This document shows, piece by piece, positions 19,322 to 29,419 of a stretch of DNA of 64,000 nt. Location of the stretch: contig CAJXPG010000002.1 in the NCBI GenBank assembly GCA_913057925.1, positions 5,387-69,386 on the forward strand. Reading direction: 5' to 3'. Within the stretch, counting starts at the first letter, position 1. Each line of letters opens with the position of its first letter. This DNA comes from an uncultured Colwellia sp. (GTDB lineage Bacteria; Pseudomonadota; Gammaproteobacteria; Enterobacterales; Alteromonadaceae). The notes under the pieces are model-generated. The model worked only from the letters and a program-made list of their open reading frames with translations, made no database searches and had not been told where the DNA came from. Both the position numbers and the translations under genes were made by a program.

Positions 19322-19443
19322 TGACCTTGGAGAAATAGTTAATTTTCCCACCATGAAATGCAAAATATAAGCTTGGCTATTTTAACGCGCATTCGTTAAA
19401 ATCTAGCTATTAGTCGTACTGCTGTTATTTTTATTGGTTTTAT

Positions 19444-20022
19444 ATGCAACTCTTTCTTGAATACTTTCCGCTTTTTATTTTTTTCATTATTAACTCCCTC
19501 GCTGGTATCTATTGGGCAACGGCAAGCTTAATTGTTGCCGCTTTTGTTCAAATTATTTATTTCAAGCTGACAAAGCAAAAAATTCCCGCCAAGCAATGGA
19601 TTATTTTTGGCTTAATAGTGGTGTTTGGCGGTCTAACCATTTATTTACAAAACGATGCTTTCTTAAAGTGGAAAGTCACTATCATTAATGCTTTCTTTGC
19701 TATCGCATTACTGATCAGTAATTACGTATTTAATAAAAATATTATCAAAGAGTTTCTTGGCGAGTCATTAACCCTACCTGAAAATATCTGGTCAAAATTA
19801 AATTTTAGTTGGGCAGTATTTTTCCTATTTTGTGCGTTGTTAAACTACTACGTTGCTTTTAATTATGATCTTGATACCTGGGTAAATTTTAAAGTTTTTG
19901 GTTTAACAGGTTTAATGTTTGTTTTCTCAATCACTTCCATTTTAGCTTTATATAAGCATTTACCACTTGAAGAAGCTGAGCCTGATTCAGATGAAATAAA
20001 AGAAGATAAGCCTCAAAGCTAG
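19444..20022 (+). CDS. yciB: Inner membrane protein YciB/IspZ
   Basis: FLKWKVTIIN, WVNFKVFG motifs. Confidence 0.92.
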   Translation: MQLFLEYFPLFIFFIINSLAGIYWATASLIVAAFVQIIYFKLTKQKIPAKQWIIFGLIVVFGGLTIYLQNDAFLKWKVTIINAFFAIALLISNYVFNKNIIKEFLGESLTLPENIWSKLNFSWAVFFLFCALLNYYVAFNYDLDTWVNFKVFGLTGLMFVFSITSILALYKHLPLEEAEPDSDEIKEDKPQS

Positions 20023-20062
20023 GGCCTCTTGTTAGCACACATTTATTTAAAGGAATATAGTT

Positions 20063-20365
20063 ATGTTTTATGTTATTTACAGTGAAGATGTTGAAGACTC
20101 ACTTAGTTTACGTTTAGCTGTTCGTGACCAGCACATTGCCCGTCTGAAAGAATTACAATCCCAAGGTAAGTTATTATTAGCCGGACCTTGTCCAGCGATA
20201 GACAGTGAAGATCCGGGTGAAGCTGGCTTTACCGGCTCTTTAATTGTCGCAGAATTTGATAGTTTAACGGCAGCACAATCCTGGGCCGATAATGATCCCT
20301 ACATTGGCGCTGGTGTTTATAAAAAAGTAACGGTTAAGCCGTATAAAAAAGTTTTACCCGCTTAA
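20063..20365 (+). CDS. yciI: YciI family protein
   Basis: [34 protein letters not shown]. Confidence 0.93.
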   Translation: MFYVIYSEDVEDSLSLRLAVRDQHIARLKELQSQGKLLLAGPCPAIDSEDPGEAGFTGSLIVAEFDSLTAAQSWADNDPYIGAGVYKKVTVKPYKKVLPA

Positions 20366-20445
20366 AAATCAACTAAACTTGATGCTAATCTTGTTTAGCG
20401 TTTGAAAACACTTTAATCAAAAAAACTAGAGTTTGTAAAAGTAAA

Positions 20446-20871
20446 ATGATCAGAAATAATAAAGTAATTATCGCCCTACTCATGTCTCCACTTTTCATGC
20501 ATTTGCCAGCTTATGCTGCAAAAAGTGTCGAGGAGTGTCAGAAGTTAAGTGGTGCTCAAGACAATGCACAATCCCGGTGTTTAGATAGTGTCATTTCTTT
20601 TGTCGATAGAGAGCTGCAAACGTGGGTTAACTTACATACTTTTAATTTAGAAGAAAAAGCCTTGGTAAATGGTCGTTACTCAGCGCTTAAAATGTTCAAA
20701 CGTTCGCAAAGTAACTTTATTACTTATCGGGAGAATGATTGCCGTTGGCAGTATTTGGCAATATCTCCGCAAACTGGCGCTGATTTAGCCTATAAGACTT
20801 GTTACGTAAATTTAAGCCAAAGCAGAATTATGGCATTAAGTAAAATTAATACGACAAACTCAAGCCAATAA
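20446..20871 (+). CDS. Secreted DUF1311/LprI lysozyme-inhibitor-like protein
   Basis: Signal peptide; four Cys; SQSNFITYRENDC motif. Confidence 0.7.
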   Translation: MIRNNKVIIALLMSPLFMHLPAYAAKSVEECQKLSGAQDNAQSRCLDSVISFVDRELQTWVNLHTFNLEEKALVNGRYSALKMFKRSQSNFITYRENDCRWQYLAISPQTGADLAYKTCYVNLSQSRIMALSKINTTNSSQ

Positions 20872-20896
20872 AAGTATAGCGATTGAGCAAGCTTAG

Positions 20897-21961
20897 CTAA
20901 TCAAGTAAAGCTTGCTCTGTTTTATCTTCCAACTCTTCTTCATCACTTAACATTACTGCCAGCCAACGCCCTTCAGGGGAACTTTCTAAGCCTATCTTCA
21001 AAATCATGGTTAATGGTACGCTTAACAACATACCAACGGTGCCTAAAAGCCAACCCCAAAAGATTAACGATAAGAAAACCACTAACGTTGATAACCCTAG
21101 TCCTTTGCCTAGATAGCGAGGCTCAACCATATTCCCCATCACCATATTTATTAACACGAAACCTAAACCGATTGCGCCAGCTTCACCAATACCTAACTGC
21201 AAAATTGCTAAAGTCATCGGCGGCACAGCAGCGATGATTGAACCGATATTAGGAATATAATTAAGTAAAAAAGCTAATACCCCCCAGAGTAAGAAGAAGT
21301 CTAAACCGAACGCCCATAACATTATCGAAACAATACAACCGGTCGCAATACTAACCAAGGTTTTAATGGCAATATAATGATTGACCGAAGATAAGAATCG
21401 CTCAATTTGTTTAATTCGCATTTGTGGATCATCAAGGGCTAAATGCAATTTATGGGGGAATGTCGACGCTTCGAACAACATAAAGACCACAGTCAGAATA
21501 ATTAAGAATAGATTTGCCATAACCGAGCCAAAACTTGACAGCATCTCAGCGGCTAAGCCCATTGCCGCAGCAGGATCAAAGTACTCGGTTACAACTGCTG
21601 TAGAGAGTTGAATATCATGACGTGAAAAGAAATCTGTTAACCAGGAAAACTGCTGTTTTAATTGAATACGATATTCCGGTAAATGTTGTGAAAGCTCATT
21701 TAAAGAGCTACCAACTAAACCCGTTAAAAACACAGCCATAGTTACAAACACAGCAATAACAAAAATGACTGAAATTGCTTTTGGGATCTTGTACTGACTT
21801 GCTTTATTTATCAGGGGATTGCAGATAATGGCAATAAAAATTGAAAGTAAGAAAGGCACTAATATATTTGCTGCGGTTTTGATACCGGCAAAGATGATGA
21901 AAATAGCAGCTACCGTTACAAACGCTTTAACAATAGAGCTATGGGTCGTATTTGAAACCAT
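20897..21961 (-). CDS. AI-2E family transporter
   Basis: Multi-TM; LNYIPNIGS, GNMVEPRYLGKGLGLS, WGWLLG..GMLLSVPLT. Confidence 0.92.
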   Translation of the reverse strand: MVSNTTHSSIVKAFVTVAAIFIIFAGIKTAANILVPFLLSIFIAIICNPLINKASQYKIPKAISVIFVIAVFVTMAVFLTGLVGSSLNELSQHLPEYRIQLKQQFSWLTDFFSRHDIQLSTAVVTEYFDPAAAMGLAAEMLSSFGSVMANLFLIILTVVFMLFEASTFPHKLHLALDDPQMRIKQIERFLSSVNHYIAIKTLVSIATGCIVSIMLWAFGLDFFLLWGVLAFLLNYIPNIGSIIAAVPPMTLAILQLGIGEAGAIGLGFVLINMVMGNMVEPRYLGKGLGLSTLVVFLSLIFWGWLLGTVGMLLSVPLTMILKIGLESSPEGRWLAVMLSDEEELEDKTEQALLD

Positions 21962-22098
21962 GAAATATTAATCCTTATATTTTTATCGTTTCAATATACC
22001 GCAATTAGCTTTACTAGACTAGCTTACAAGTATTTAAGCAACTGTTATCAATCAATTATATAAGAAAGCAGCCTTGAGAAGGCTGTTTGTCGTTAAAT

Positions 22099-22128
22099 TA
22101 ATGCGTCTAATGATTATTAGACGCATTA
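22099..22128. terminator. Inverted repeat downstream of ybbP
   Basis: TAATGCGTCTAAT-GATT-ATTAGACGCATTA. Confidence 0.55.
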
Positions 22129-22162
22129 TTCATTGCAGGGTGTAAAGTGCTAGGCAATTTTT

Positions 22163-24682
22163 CTAAGCTATTTTTCGAAGTAAACCTTGGGTATTTTGCT
22201 TCATAGTATTCGCCACCATAAAATAACCAATCATAGCGACAAATATCGCACCACTTGTTGGACCAAGTAGCCAAATGTAAGGATGAAGCTTACCGTCAAC
22301 AGCAAAGAGTTGCTGCTGGATTATCATCAATACCAAATCACTAACAATTGCAGCAACTAATCCCGCAATAGCTCCGAGCAATAAGAATTCATAAAGTGTT
22401 GCTAATTTAATTAATCGCCCTTTTGCGCCTAGTGTTCTAAGTATCACCACTTCTTGTAATCGCTCTGCTAAGCTTGCTTGCACCTGTGAAATAAGGACTA
22501 AAGCGCCACTTACTAAAACAATTGATAAGACAAAACCAATAGCTAATGACACTTGGCCAATAATTGATTGCGCTTGTTCTATTTGCGCTTTTATATCAAT
22601 CATACTAATTGTCGGATATCGCTGTAATAACTGACTAATACCTTTGGTATGGCTATCTGACAATTGCGCAGCACTAAAGTAGGTAACTGGAACTGTACCT
22701 GCCATATTGGGGCTTAAAATCATGACAAAGTTTGGCTTAAGTGTTCCCCAATCCACGGTTCTAAAACTGGTCACCTTCGCAATGACTTCCTGTTCGTTCA
22801 CTAAAATTGAGATTGAATCTCCCAGCTCTAAATTTAACACCTCACGCCAGCCTTCAAAAACAGACACTTCTATTTCATCGCCACCAGTGAACCATTGCCC
22901 TTCAATGATATCGTTCCCCTCAGGCAACTCATCTAGCCAAGTTAGATTAGGCTCTCGACTAACTCCGTCTCTTGCCTCTTCATCTTTCTCCTCACCTTCT
23001 TGTTTTGATACTCTACGAGAATATTCTTCACCGTTAACCGCATCAATTCTGCCACTAAAAACAGGATAAAAAGCTTCATGGGCGATATCATTTTCATTAA
23101 AGAACTGTTTGATAGGCTCCACTTCATTTTCATTAATGTTGACAATAAACATGTTGGGAGCGTCGCTAGGGACTTGCATCTGCCAATCAGAAATAATGTC
23201 ATTTTTTAGCACCACTAAAAACAACATCAATTTAATGGCTAGGGCAAAACTGATCAATTGGATGGCATTAGCGTTTGCTCTTTTTTGTAAAGTGGCAATG
23301 GCCAATGACCAACTAGAACCAGGACTTAAGCCAAGACGTCTGCCTGCAGCAAAAATCAAACGCGAAATACCAAACAAAATAGCAATCACTAATAAAGTAG
23401 AACCAAATAAAATCAAGGTAGTAACTAGCTCACCACTAAATACCCACATCAAAACAAAAATGGTCAGTAGTGATATGGTGATATGAATTCGACTAATTGC
23501 AATGGTATCGCCAAGGTTTCGACGTAATACCCTTAACGGCGGTATATCAAACAAGTCTAATAATGGTTTTAAGGAAAACATTAATGCGCAGACAATACCA
23601 ATTGCCGCTGATAATACCCACGGGCGAATTCCTGCTTGAGGAAGTTCAGTACCCATAAATTGCGCTAAATACTCTCCCGCTACAGACTGTAAAAAATAGC
23701 CGACTGCGAAACCGGCAATAATCGAAAATCCTGTCACTAAAGATAAATGCAATAGATAAATATTACGAATAACACGGCGACTGCCCCCTAACGTTTTCAT
23801 CATCGCAACGGGATCATATTGACGCTCACAATAACGCTTCGCAGATACTGCCATCGCGACTGCGGCAAGCATAATGCCAAATAATCCCGCTAATAATAGA
23901 AAGCGTTCTGCTCGGTCAAGATTATTCCCAAGTGGCGATTGTCTATCCTTGATACCTTGCCAGTTTTGATTACTTTTCATTTGTGGTTTCAACCACTGAT
24001 AATAGTCAGTTAGTTGTTGATCATCTCCTGAAAAAAGTAAACGATGAAATACCCTACTGCCCGCTTGTACTGCTTGCGTAGCAGGAATATCTTGGTAATT
24101 AAGTAATACGCGTTTGTTACCTGATAGCGAAAAGAATGGCGAGTCAGGCTCTTTGACTAATACTTTGGCGATATTAAATATACCGGCGCCAAGTTCCACA
24201 TTATCGCCAACATTAACCCCAAGGGTATAAAATAAACCTTCACTAAGCCAAACAGAGCCAGGTTGTGGACCATGTTCAACGTCAAATGGCTGACTGGAGA
24301 TATTATCTTTGATGGTAACTTTGCCTCGCAATGGGTATTCATTGCTTACGGCTTTTACTGAGCCTAAAACTAATTCGTCATTTGCAAAAAGCATAGAGTC
24401 AAAGAAAAGCATTTCTGCGGTATTTAAGCCAAATTCTTTTGCTTTAGTTAAGATAAGTGGCTCAAATGCATGATTACTTGATAAACGACGATCTGCTGCA
24501 ATAAAGTCACTACTCTTTTGTTCTATATTTAAGCTGATTCGTTCTGTGATAGACGATAAGCTAAATACGGTGAGCACGGCTAAAGCGATAGCGGCAAAGA
24601 TAATTGTTAACTCACCACGGCGAAACTCTCGAGCAAATAATTTACCTGCTAACTTAACCCACATTAGCAGATACTCCTTCAC
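22163..24682 (-). CDS. ybbP: YbbP-like ABC transporter permease (FtsX-like)
   Basis: REFRRGEL, YPLRG, two FtsX-like TM blocks, RTLGA motif. Confidence 0.88.
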   Translation of the reverse strand: MKEYLLMWVKLAGKLFAREFRRGELTIIFAAIALAVLTVFSLSSITERISLNIEQKSSDFIAADRRLSSNHAFEPLILTKAKEFGLNTAEMLFFDSMLFANDELVLGSVKAVSNEYPLRGKVTIKDNISSQPFDVEHGPQPGSVWLSEGLFYTLGVNVGDNVELGAGIFNIAKVLVKEPDSPFFSLSGNKRVLLNYQDIPATQAVQAGSRVFHRLLFSGDDQQLTDYYQWLKPQMKSNQNWQGIKDRQSPLGNNLDRAERFLLLAGLFGIMLAAVAMAVSAKRYCERQYDPVAMMKTLGGSRRVIRNIYLLHLSLVTGFSIIAGFAVGYFLQSVAGEYLAQFMGTELPQAGIRPWVLSAAIGIVCALMFSLKPLLDLFDIPPLRVLRRNLGDTIAISRIHITISLLTIFVLMWVFSGELVTTLILFGSTLLVIAILFGISRLIFAAGRRLGLSPGSSWSLAIATLQKRANANAIQLISFALAIKLMLFLVVLKNDIISDWQMQVPSDAPNMFIVNINENEVEPIKQFFNENDIAHEAFYPVFSGRIDAVNGEEYSRRVSKQEGEEKDEEARDGVSREPNLTWLDELPEGNDIIEGQWFTGGDEIEVSVFEGWREVLNLELGDSISILVNEQEVIAKVTSFRTVDWGTLKPNFVMILSPNMAGTVPVTYFSAAQLSDSHTKGISQLLQRYPTISMIDIKAQIEQAQSIIGQVSLAIGFVLSIVLVSGALVLISQVQASLAERLQEVVILRTLGAKGRLIKLATLYEFLLLGAIAGLVAAIVSDLVLMIIQQQLFAVDGKLHPYIWLLGPTSGAIFVAMIGYFMVANTMKQNTQGLLRKIA

Positions 24683-25367
24683 TGATTTTTTCTAATTGCC
24701 CTGCCTCAATATGAATGATGCGCTGACATTGTTTGGCAAGTAATTCATCATGAGTTACTAAAACTAGCGTTGTGCCATTTTGCTTATTTAAATCAAAGAG
24801 CAACTTTTCAATAAGGTGACCATTTTTGCTATCAAGGTTTGCAGAGGGCTCATCTGCAAAAAGTATTTTAGGTGAACCAATAAATGCCCTCGCTATGGCA
24901 ACCCTTTGTTGCTCTCCTCCTGACAATTGAGAAGGGTAATGCTCAAGGCGATGACTCAAACCCACTTTATCGAGTAGTTCAAGTGCTTGGGCTTTAGCGT
25001 CATGATCGCCAGCAAGTTCAGCAGGTAACATCACATTTTCCAGGGCTGTCAGACTTTGCACCAACATAAAGGATTGAAAGACAAAACCTATCTTTTGCGC
25101 TCTTACTTGTGCTCTAGCTTCTTCATCTAACGTACTCAAGGCATCACCATCTAGGTGAACCTCACCTTTCGTTGCTACATCAAGACCCGCTAACAAGCTA
25201 AGTAAAGTAGACTTACCTGATCCCGACGCCCCAACGATTGCAACGGACTCTCCTGACTTGACAGCAAAGTTAATATCGCTAAGGATAGTTAGGTTCCCTT
25301 CAAGGGTATTAACACTCTTTGTTAACCCTGAAACCTGAATTACATTTAACTGAGATAAAACTGACAT
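24654..25367 (-). CDS. ybbA: ABC transporter ATP-binding protein YbbA
   Basis: GASGSGKST, LSGGEQQRVAIARA, FADEP. Confidence 0.9.
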   Translation of the reverse strand: MSVLSQLNVIQVSGLTKSVNTLEGNLTILSDINFAVKSGESVAIVGASGSGKSTLLSLLAGLDVATKGEVHLDGDALSTLDEEARAQVRAQKIGFVFQSFMLVQSLTALENVMLPAELAGDHDAKAQALELLDKVGLSHRLEHYPSQLSGGEQQRVAIARAFIGSPKILFADEPSANLDSKNGHLIEKLLFDLNKQNGTTLVLVTHDELLAKQCQRIIHIEAGQLEKISEGVSANVG

Positions 25368-25986
25368 GACACGTTGTTTCCTAAAATCTATTATTTTCTT
25401 ATTTTTAATGAATATATCACTTACTAGCTCGGCAAGTGAAAAAATCCTACTTATAGGTGACAGCTTAAGCGCTGGCTATGGGCTTGAGCAAGCACAAGCA
25501 TGGGTTCATTTGTTACAAAATAAATATAATGAGAAAAATGCCGATATTACCATCATAAATACTGCCATTAGCGGCCAAACAACTGATAATGCTTTATTAA
25601 AAATTGATGCTTGGCTTAGCTCCCACAAACCAAGTCATGTACTGATTGAGCTTGGAGGTAATGATGGTATTCGTGGTTTTCCCGTTAAATTAATTCAAAA
25701 ACATTTAACAAAACTAATTACTACCAGCCAAAAACACGGTGCAAATGTTGCTTTGATGGAAATTCATATACCGCCTAATTTAGGGCCAAGATACACACAA
25801 ATGTTTACTCAAAGCTATAGCAAGGTGGCAAATAGTACTGGTGCATACCTAATGCCGTATTTTATGAGCAAAATAGCGGTGGACCCCAAATTAATGCTTA
25901 ATGATAATCTTCATCCTAATGCAACAGCTCAACCGTTAATTAGAGATTTTATGTATATTGAAATCGATAAGTGGTTGCAACATTAA
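25366..25986 (+). CDS. tesA: GDSL arylesterase/acyl-CoA thioesterase I
   Basis: GDSLSAGYG, ELGGNDG, DNLHP; divergent from ybbA as in E. coli. Confidence 0.92.
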   Translation: MTRCFLKSIIFLFLMNISLTSSASEKILLIGDSLSAGYGLEQAQAWVHLLQNKYNEKNADITIINTAISGQTTDNALLKIDAWLSSHKPSHVLIELGGNDGIRGFPVKLIQKHLTKLITTSQKHGANVALMEIHIPPNLGPRYTQMFTQSYSKVANSTGAYLMPYFMSKIAVDPKLMLNDNLHPNATAQPLIRDFMYIEIDKWLQH

Positions 25987-26192
25987 TTAAGCACTTTTCT
26001 ACACGCAAATCTATAAATCTCACTGGTGTAAAGAGTTGTTTTTAAGGTAAACTTCTCTTGTGGCCAGTGACATGCTTAAAGCTAATTTCACTGCCTTAAC
26101 ACCTTTCTGGATAATGAATAGAATTTGAACAAAATGCCTATTTAACTATCCCCATTTAGCAGCAAAAACATTTATTACATTAGAGCATCATT

Positions 26193-27764
26193 ATGGATTT
26201 TATTTGGGTACTTTTTGCTTTCATCTGTGGCTTAATCGCTAAAACTACATCCTTGCCACCTTCTATTGGTTATCTTGCTGCCGGATTCATTCTTAATTTC
26301 ATCGGATATCAAGCGGATGATAGTTTAAGTATGTTAAGTGATTTAGGCATCACCATTATGCTCTTCACTATTGGCTTAAAGTTAAATGTTAAAAACCTCT
26401 TTAAAACTGAAGTATGGTTGGGCTGCTCGTTACACACATTACTTTGGATAGTGGTAACTATCACTTTTGTGAAATTACTTGCTCTACTTTCAGTCAGTTA
26501 CTTTAGTGACTTAGATTTAATGACCTCAGCATTAATCGCCTTTGCTTTAAGCTTTAGTAGTACGGTATGTGTAATTAAATTATTAGAAGAGAACGGTGAA
26601 ATGCGTACCCGCCATGGAAAACTAGCGGTAAGTATTTTGGTTATCCAAGATATTATTGCCGTTGGATTTTTAGTTGCTGCTACAGGCAAAACCCCATCAA
26701 TATGGGCATTTGCTTTATTAGGTCTGTTTTTGATTAAGCCGATTATAAATAGACTTATTAGCCATGTAGGACATGGCGAGTTAATTCCTTTAATGGGTTT
26801 TTTCCTTGCTCTAGGTAGTTATGAATTATTTGAGTTAGTGAATATCAAAGGCGATTTAGGCGCTTTGATTATCGGAATGTTTCTAGCGTCACATCAAAAA
26901 GCCACTGAAATTAATAAAGCGTTGATGAGCTTTAAGGATATATTTTTAATCGGCTTTTTCCTCTCCATCGGTTTTACCGCAATCCCGACTATTGAAATGC
27001 TAGGGCTAGCAAGTTTACTGGTACTGTTAATTCCCGTTAAATTTGTCATGTTTTACGGTATCTTCAGCCTATTGAAGATGCGTTGTCGAAGTGCGTTTTT
27101 AAGTGCATTATCATTAAGTAATTTTAGTGAGTTTGGTCTCATTGTTGGCGCTTTAAGTGTTACAGCCGGTTGGCTCAGTAACGACTGGTTAGTGATACTT
27201 GCTTTGGCTGTTGCTATCTCTTTTATATTAACCAATATAGTTTACCGTTTCGCACATACCCTATTTGCCGATTACCGTGTTTTCCTATCGAAATTTGAAC
27301 GTAAAGATAAACTTGAAGAAGACAGTTTCTGTCAGCCCTGTCAGCGACCGATTGTTATTATTGGCATGGGTAGAGTTGGTATGGGTGCCTATCAAGCGAT
27401 TAATAGTCACAGTACTAACCATGCATGGGGTTTAGATGCCGATAAAGAAAAGATCAACTGGCTAACTAAAAATAATGTTGAAGCCTATTATGGTGATGCT
27501 GAGGATGTTCATTTTTGGGAAAGTATCGATCTTTCCCAACTGGAGCTTGTTTTACTTGCTCTTCCTACTGTTCAAGATGCAGTAAGCATAACAACTCAAC
27601 TTCACGCGGCAAAATACCAAGGTAAAATAGCAGCTGTCGCTCGTTATGATGATGAACGTTCAGAATTAGAAACTTTTGGTATAGATAAGGTATTTAACTT
27701 TTATACTGAAGCGGGTGTTGGTTTTGCTGAAGAAAGCTTAGCTTTGCTCCCTAAAAAAATTTAA
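26193..27764 (+). CDS. CPA2 cation:proton antiporter with C-terminal TrkA-N domain (KefC-like)
   Basis: LFTIGLKL, FSSTV, QDIIAV, SEFGLI; GMGRVG Rossmann motif. Confidence 0.88.
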   Translation: MDFIWVLFAFICGLIAKTTSLPPSIGYLAAGFILNFIGYQADDSLSMLSDLGITIMLFTIGLKLNVKNLFKTEVWLGCSLHTLLWIVVTITFVKLLALLSVSYFSDLDLMTSALIAFALSFSSTVCVIKLLEENGEMRTRHGKLAVSILVIQDIIAVGFLVAATGKTPSIWAFALLGLFLIKPIINRLISHVGHGELIPLMGFFLALGSYELFELVNIKGDLGALIIGMFLASHQKATEINKALMSFKDIFLIGFFLSIGFTAIPTIEMLGLASLLVLLIPVKFVMFYGIFSLLKMRCRSAFLSALSLSNFSEFGLIVGALSVTAGWLSNDWLVILALAVAISFILTNIVYRFAHTLFADYRVFLSKFERKDKLEEDSFCQPCQRPIVIIGMGRVGMGAYQAINSHSTNHAWGLDADKEKINWLTKNNVEAYYGDAEDVHFWESIDLSQLELVLLALPTVQDAVSITTQLHAAKYQGKIAAVARYDDERSELETFGIDKVFNFYTEAGVGFAEESLALLPKKI

Positions 27765-28179
27765 AGACAGGCATAAATCAACACTGTTTTGACAAGAGTG
27801 CTTGTATATTACTAACGCTTTCATTGCAAATAATAGCGAGTAACCTAGCTAAAACGCCCTGTTGAAAAGACTGTGGGTAAGTTGTGAAAAAACCGTGTCT
27901 GACATGTTAATAATACACTTCATTTCGTAAGGGACTTTATTATTATTTTCGAGGTAAGCAATTGTTTTAAAAGCGATTAACAAATAAACAAAAAAATATT
28001 AGCAATTTAAAAAAGTTACACTACACTTAGTTACACAAGCTTAGCATGAAGTAAGATTTTTATTGTTAAGGTGTTAGTAAACAGGATTACACACCCTAGT
28101 TTATTTTTGTTTTTGTTTTTCTTAGTTACCAGATAATGGTTAATTAGCGCACGGCTCAAACCCCTTGAGCCATTCCTTG

Positions 28180-28208
28180 AGCCCAAACGACTGTTTGGGC
28201 TTTTTTTT
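28180..28208 (+). terminator. Rho-independent terminator, plus-strand oriented
   Basis: AGCCCAAAC-GACT-GTTTGGGCT followed by T run. Confidence 0.8.
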
Positions 28209-28235
28209 ATCTTTTTTATGGCTGAGTTGTTTACT

Positions 28236-29003
28236 TTACAAGTTAAATAATCGATTAAAATTCTCTGTCGATAAACGGGCTATTTCTTCAACAGATTGAC
28301 CTCTGATACTTGCAAGGTGTTTTGCGACTTCCACCACATAAGCAGGTTGATTTTCTTTGCCTCGGTGAGGAACTGGCGCTAAATATGGCGCATCAGTTTC
28401 TATTAATATTTTATCATCTGGTACTTTTGCCGCAACTTCCCTTAATGCTGATGCATTTTTAAATGTAACAATACCTGAAAAAGAAATATAAAAGCCTAAC
28501 TCTATCGCTTGTTCAGCCATATCCCATGTTTCGGTAAAGCAATGTAAAATTCCACCAACACTTGCCGCTTGCTCTTCACGAAGTAAAGCTAACGTGTCTT
28601 CTTGGGCATCTCGAGTATGTATTATTAATGGCTTATTCAACTGTTTTGCCACTTGTATATGCTTTTTAAATGAATCTAACTGAAGTGCCTTAGTTTCTGG
28701 CGCATAGTGATAATCTAATCCTGTCTCGCCAATGGCAATTACCCGCTCATTTTTACTCAGGGTTAATAACGCTTCTGAATTTACTTCATCTTCTTGATTT
28801 AATGGATGAGTACCACAGGTAAGCATTACATTATCGAACTTTGCAGTTTTTTCTGCCATGGCGGGAAAATCTGCAAGCGTAACGCTAACACAAAGCATTT
28901 TATCTACTTTTACAGCCTTTGCTGCTTCAATGACGTTATCAAGATTGTCGTCATACAGGGATAAATTAAGACGGTCTAAGTGGCAATGGGAATCTATAAA
29001 CAA
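28236..29003 (-). CDS. TatD family hydrolase (YcfH-like)
   Basis: DSHCH, GETGLDY, IIHTR, LHCF, ETDAPY. Confidence 0.93.
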   Translation of the reverse strand: MFIDSHCHLDRLNLSLYDDNLDNVIEAAKAVKVDKMLCVSVTLADFPAMAEKTAKFDNVMLTCGTHPLNQEDEVNSEALLTLSKNERVIAIGETGLDYHYAPETKALQLDSFKKHIQVAKQLNKPLIIHTRDAQEDTLALLREEQAASVGGILHCFTETWDMAEQAIELGFYISFSGIVTFKNASALREVAAKVPDDKILIETDAPYLAPVPHRGKENQPAYVVEVAKHLASIRGQSVEEIARLSTENFNRLFNL

Positions 29004-29082
29004 CGAGGAGCTCCTGTGCTTTGAATTTTTTTGGGCTTTTGGCTTTTGGATAAAATTATAACGATGCGTTAAGAAAACGATG

Positions 29083-29409
29083 TTACATAGTTAATGTTGG
29101 CTCTGATGAGTTTAAATGGCGTGCAATAATCTGCTCTATCTGATGTCGTACCTTTTCAGGGTCATCTATAAAAGTAACACCCACGCCCGGAGGAGTACCA
29201 TTTTGCGCACCGACAGGCGTTAACCAACACACTTCGCCTTTTACTGTTGACTCTTCTAACGCATCAGGTAATAAAATATGCAGCTCAACTTCGTCACCTA
29301 AATCATATTGACGCGGGGTACGAACAAAGATGCCACCTTCTTTTAGAAAAGGCATAAAAGCTAAGTATAAATCACGCTCTGAGTGTAACTCTACGTTTAA
29401 TGGAACCAA
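29083..29409 (-). CDS. pilZ: PilZ domain protein (PA2960-like)
   Basis: LYLAFMPFLKEGGIFV motif; holB-pilZ-tatD synteny. Confidence 0.85.
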   Translation of the reverse strand: MVPLNVELHSERDLYLAFMPFLKEGGIFVRTPRQYDLGDEVELHILLPDALEESTVKGEVCWLTPVGAQNGTPPGVGVTFIDDPEKVRHQIEQIIARHLNSSEPTLTM

Positions 29410-29419
29410 GTTGGCTCTC

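Noticed and set aside
25366-25367. Overlapping divergent starts of ybbA and tesA as a novelty
   Set aside because: A similar head-to-head tesA/ybbA arrangement is known in E. coli, and the exact starts are uncertain.
27904-27930. 8-codon ORF MLIIHFIS in the kef-tatD intergenic region
   Set aside because: No SD sequence and too short to support.
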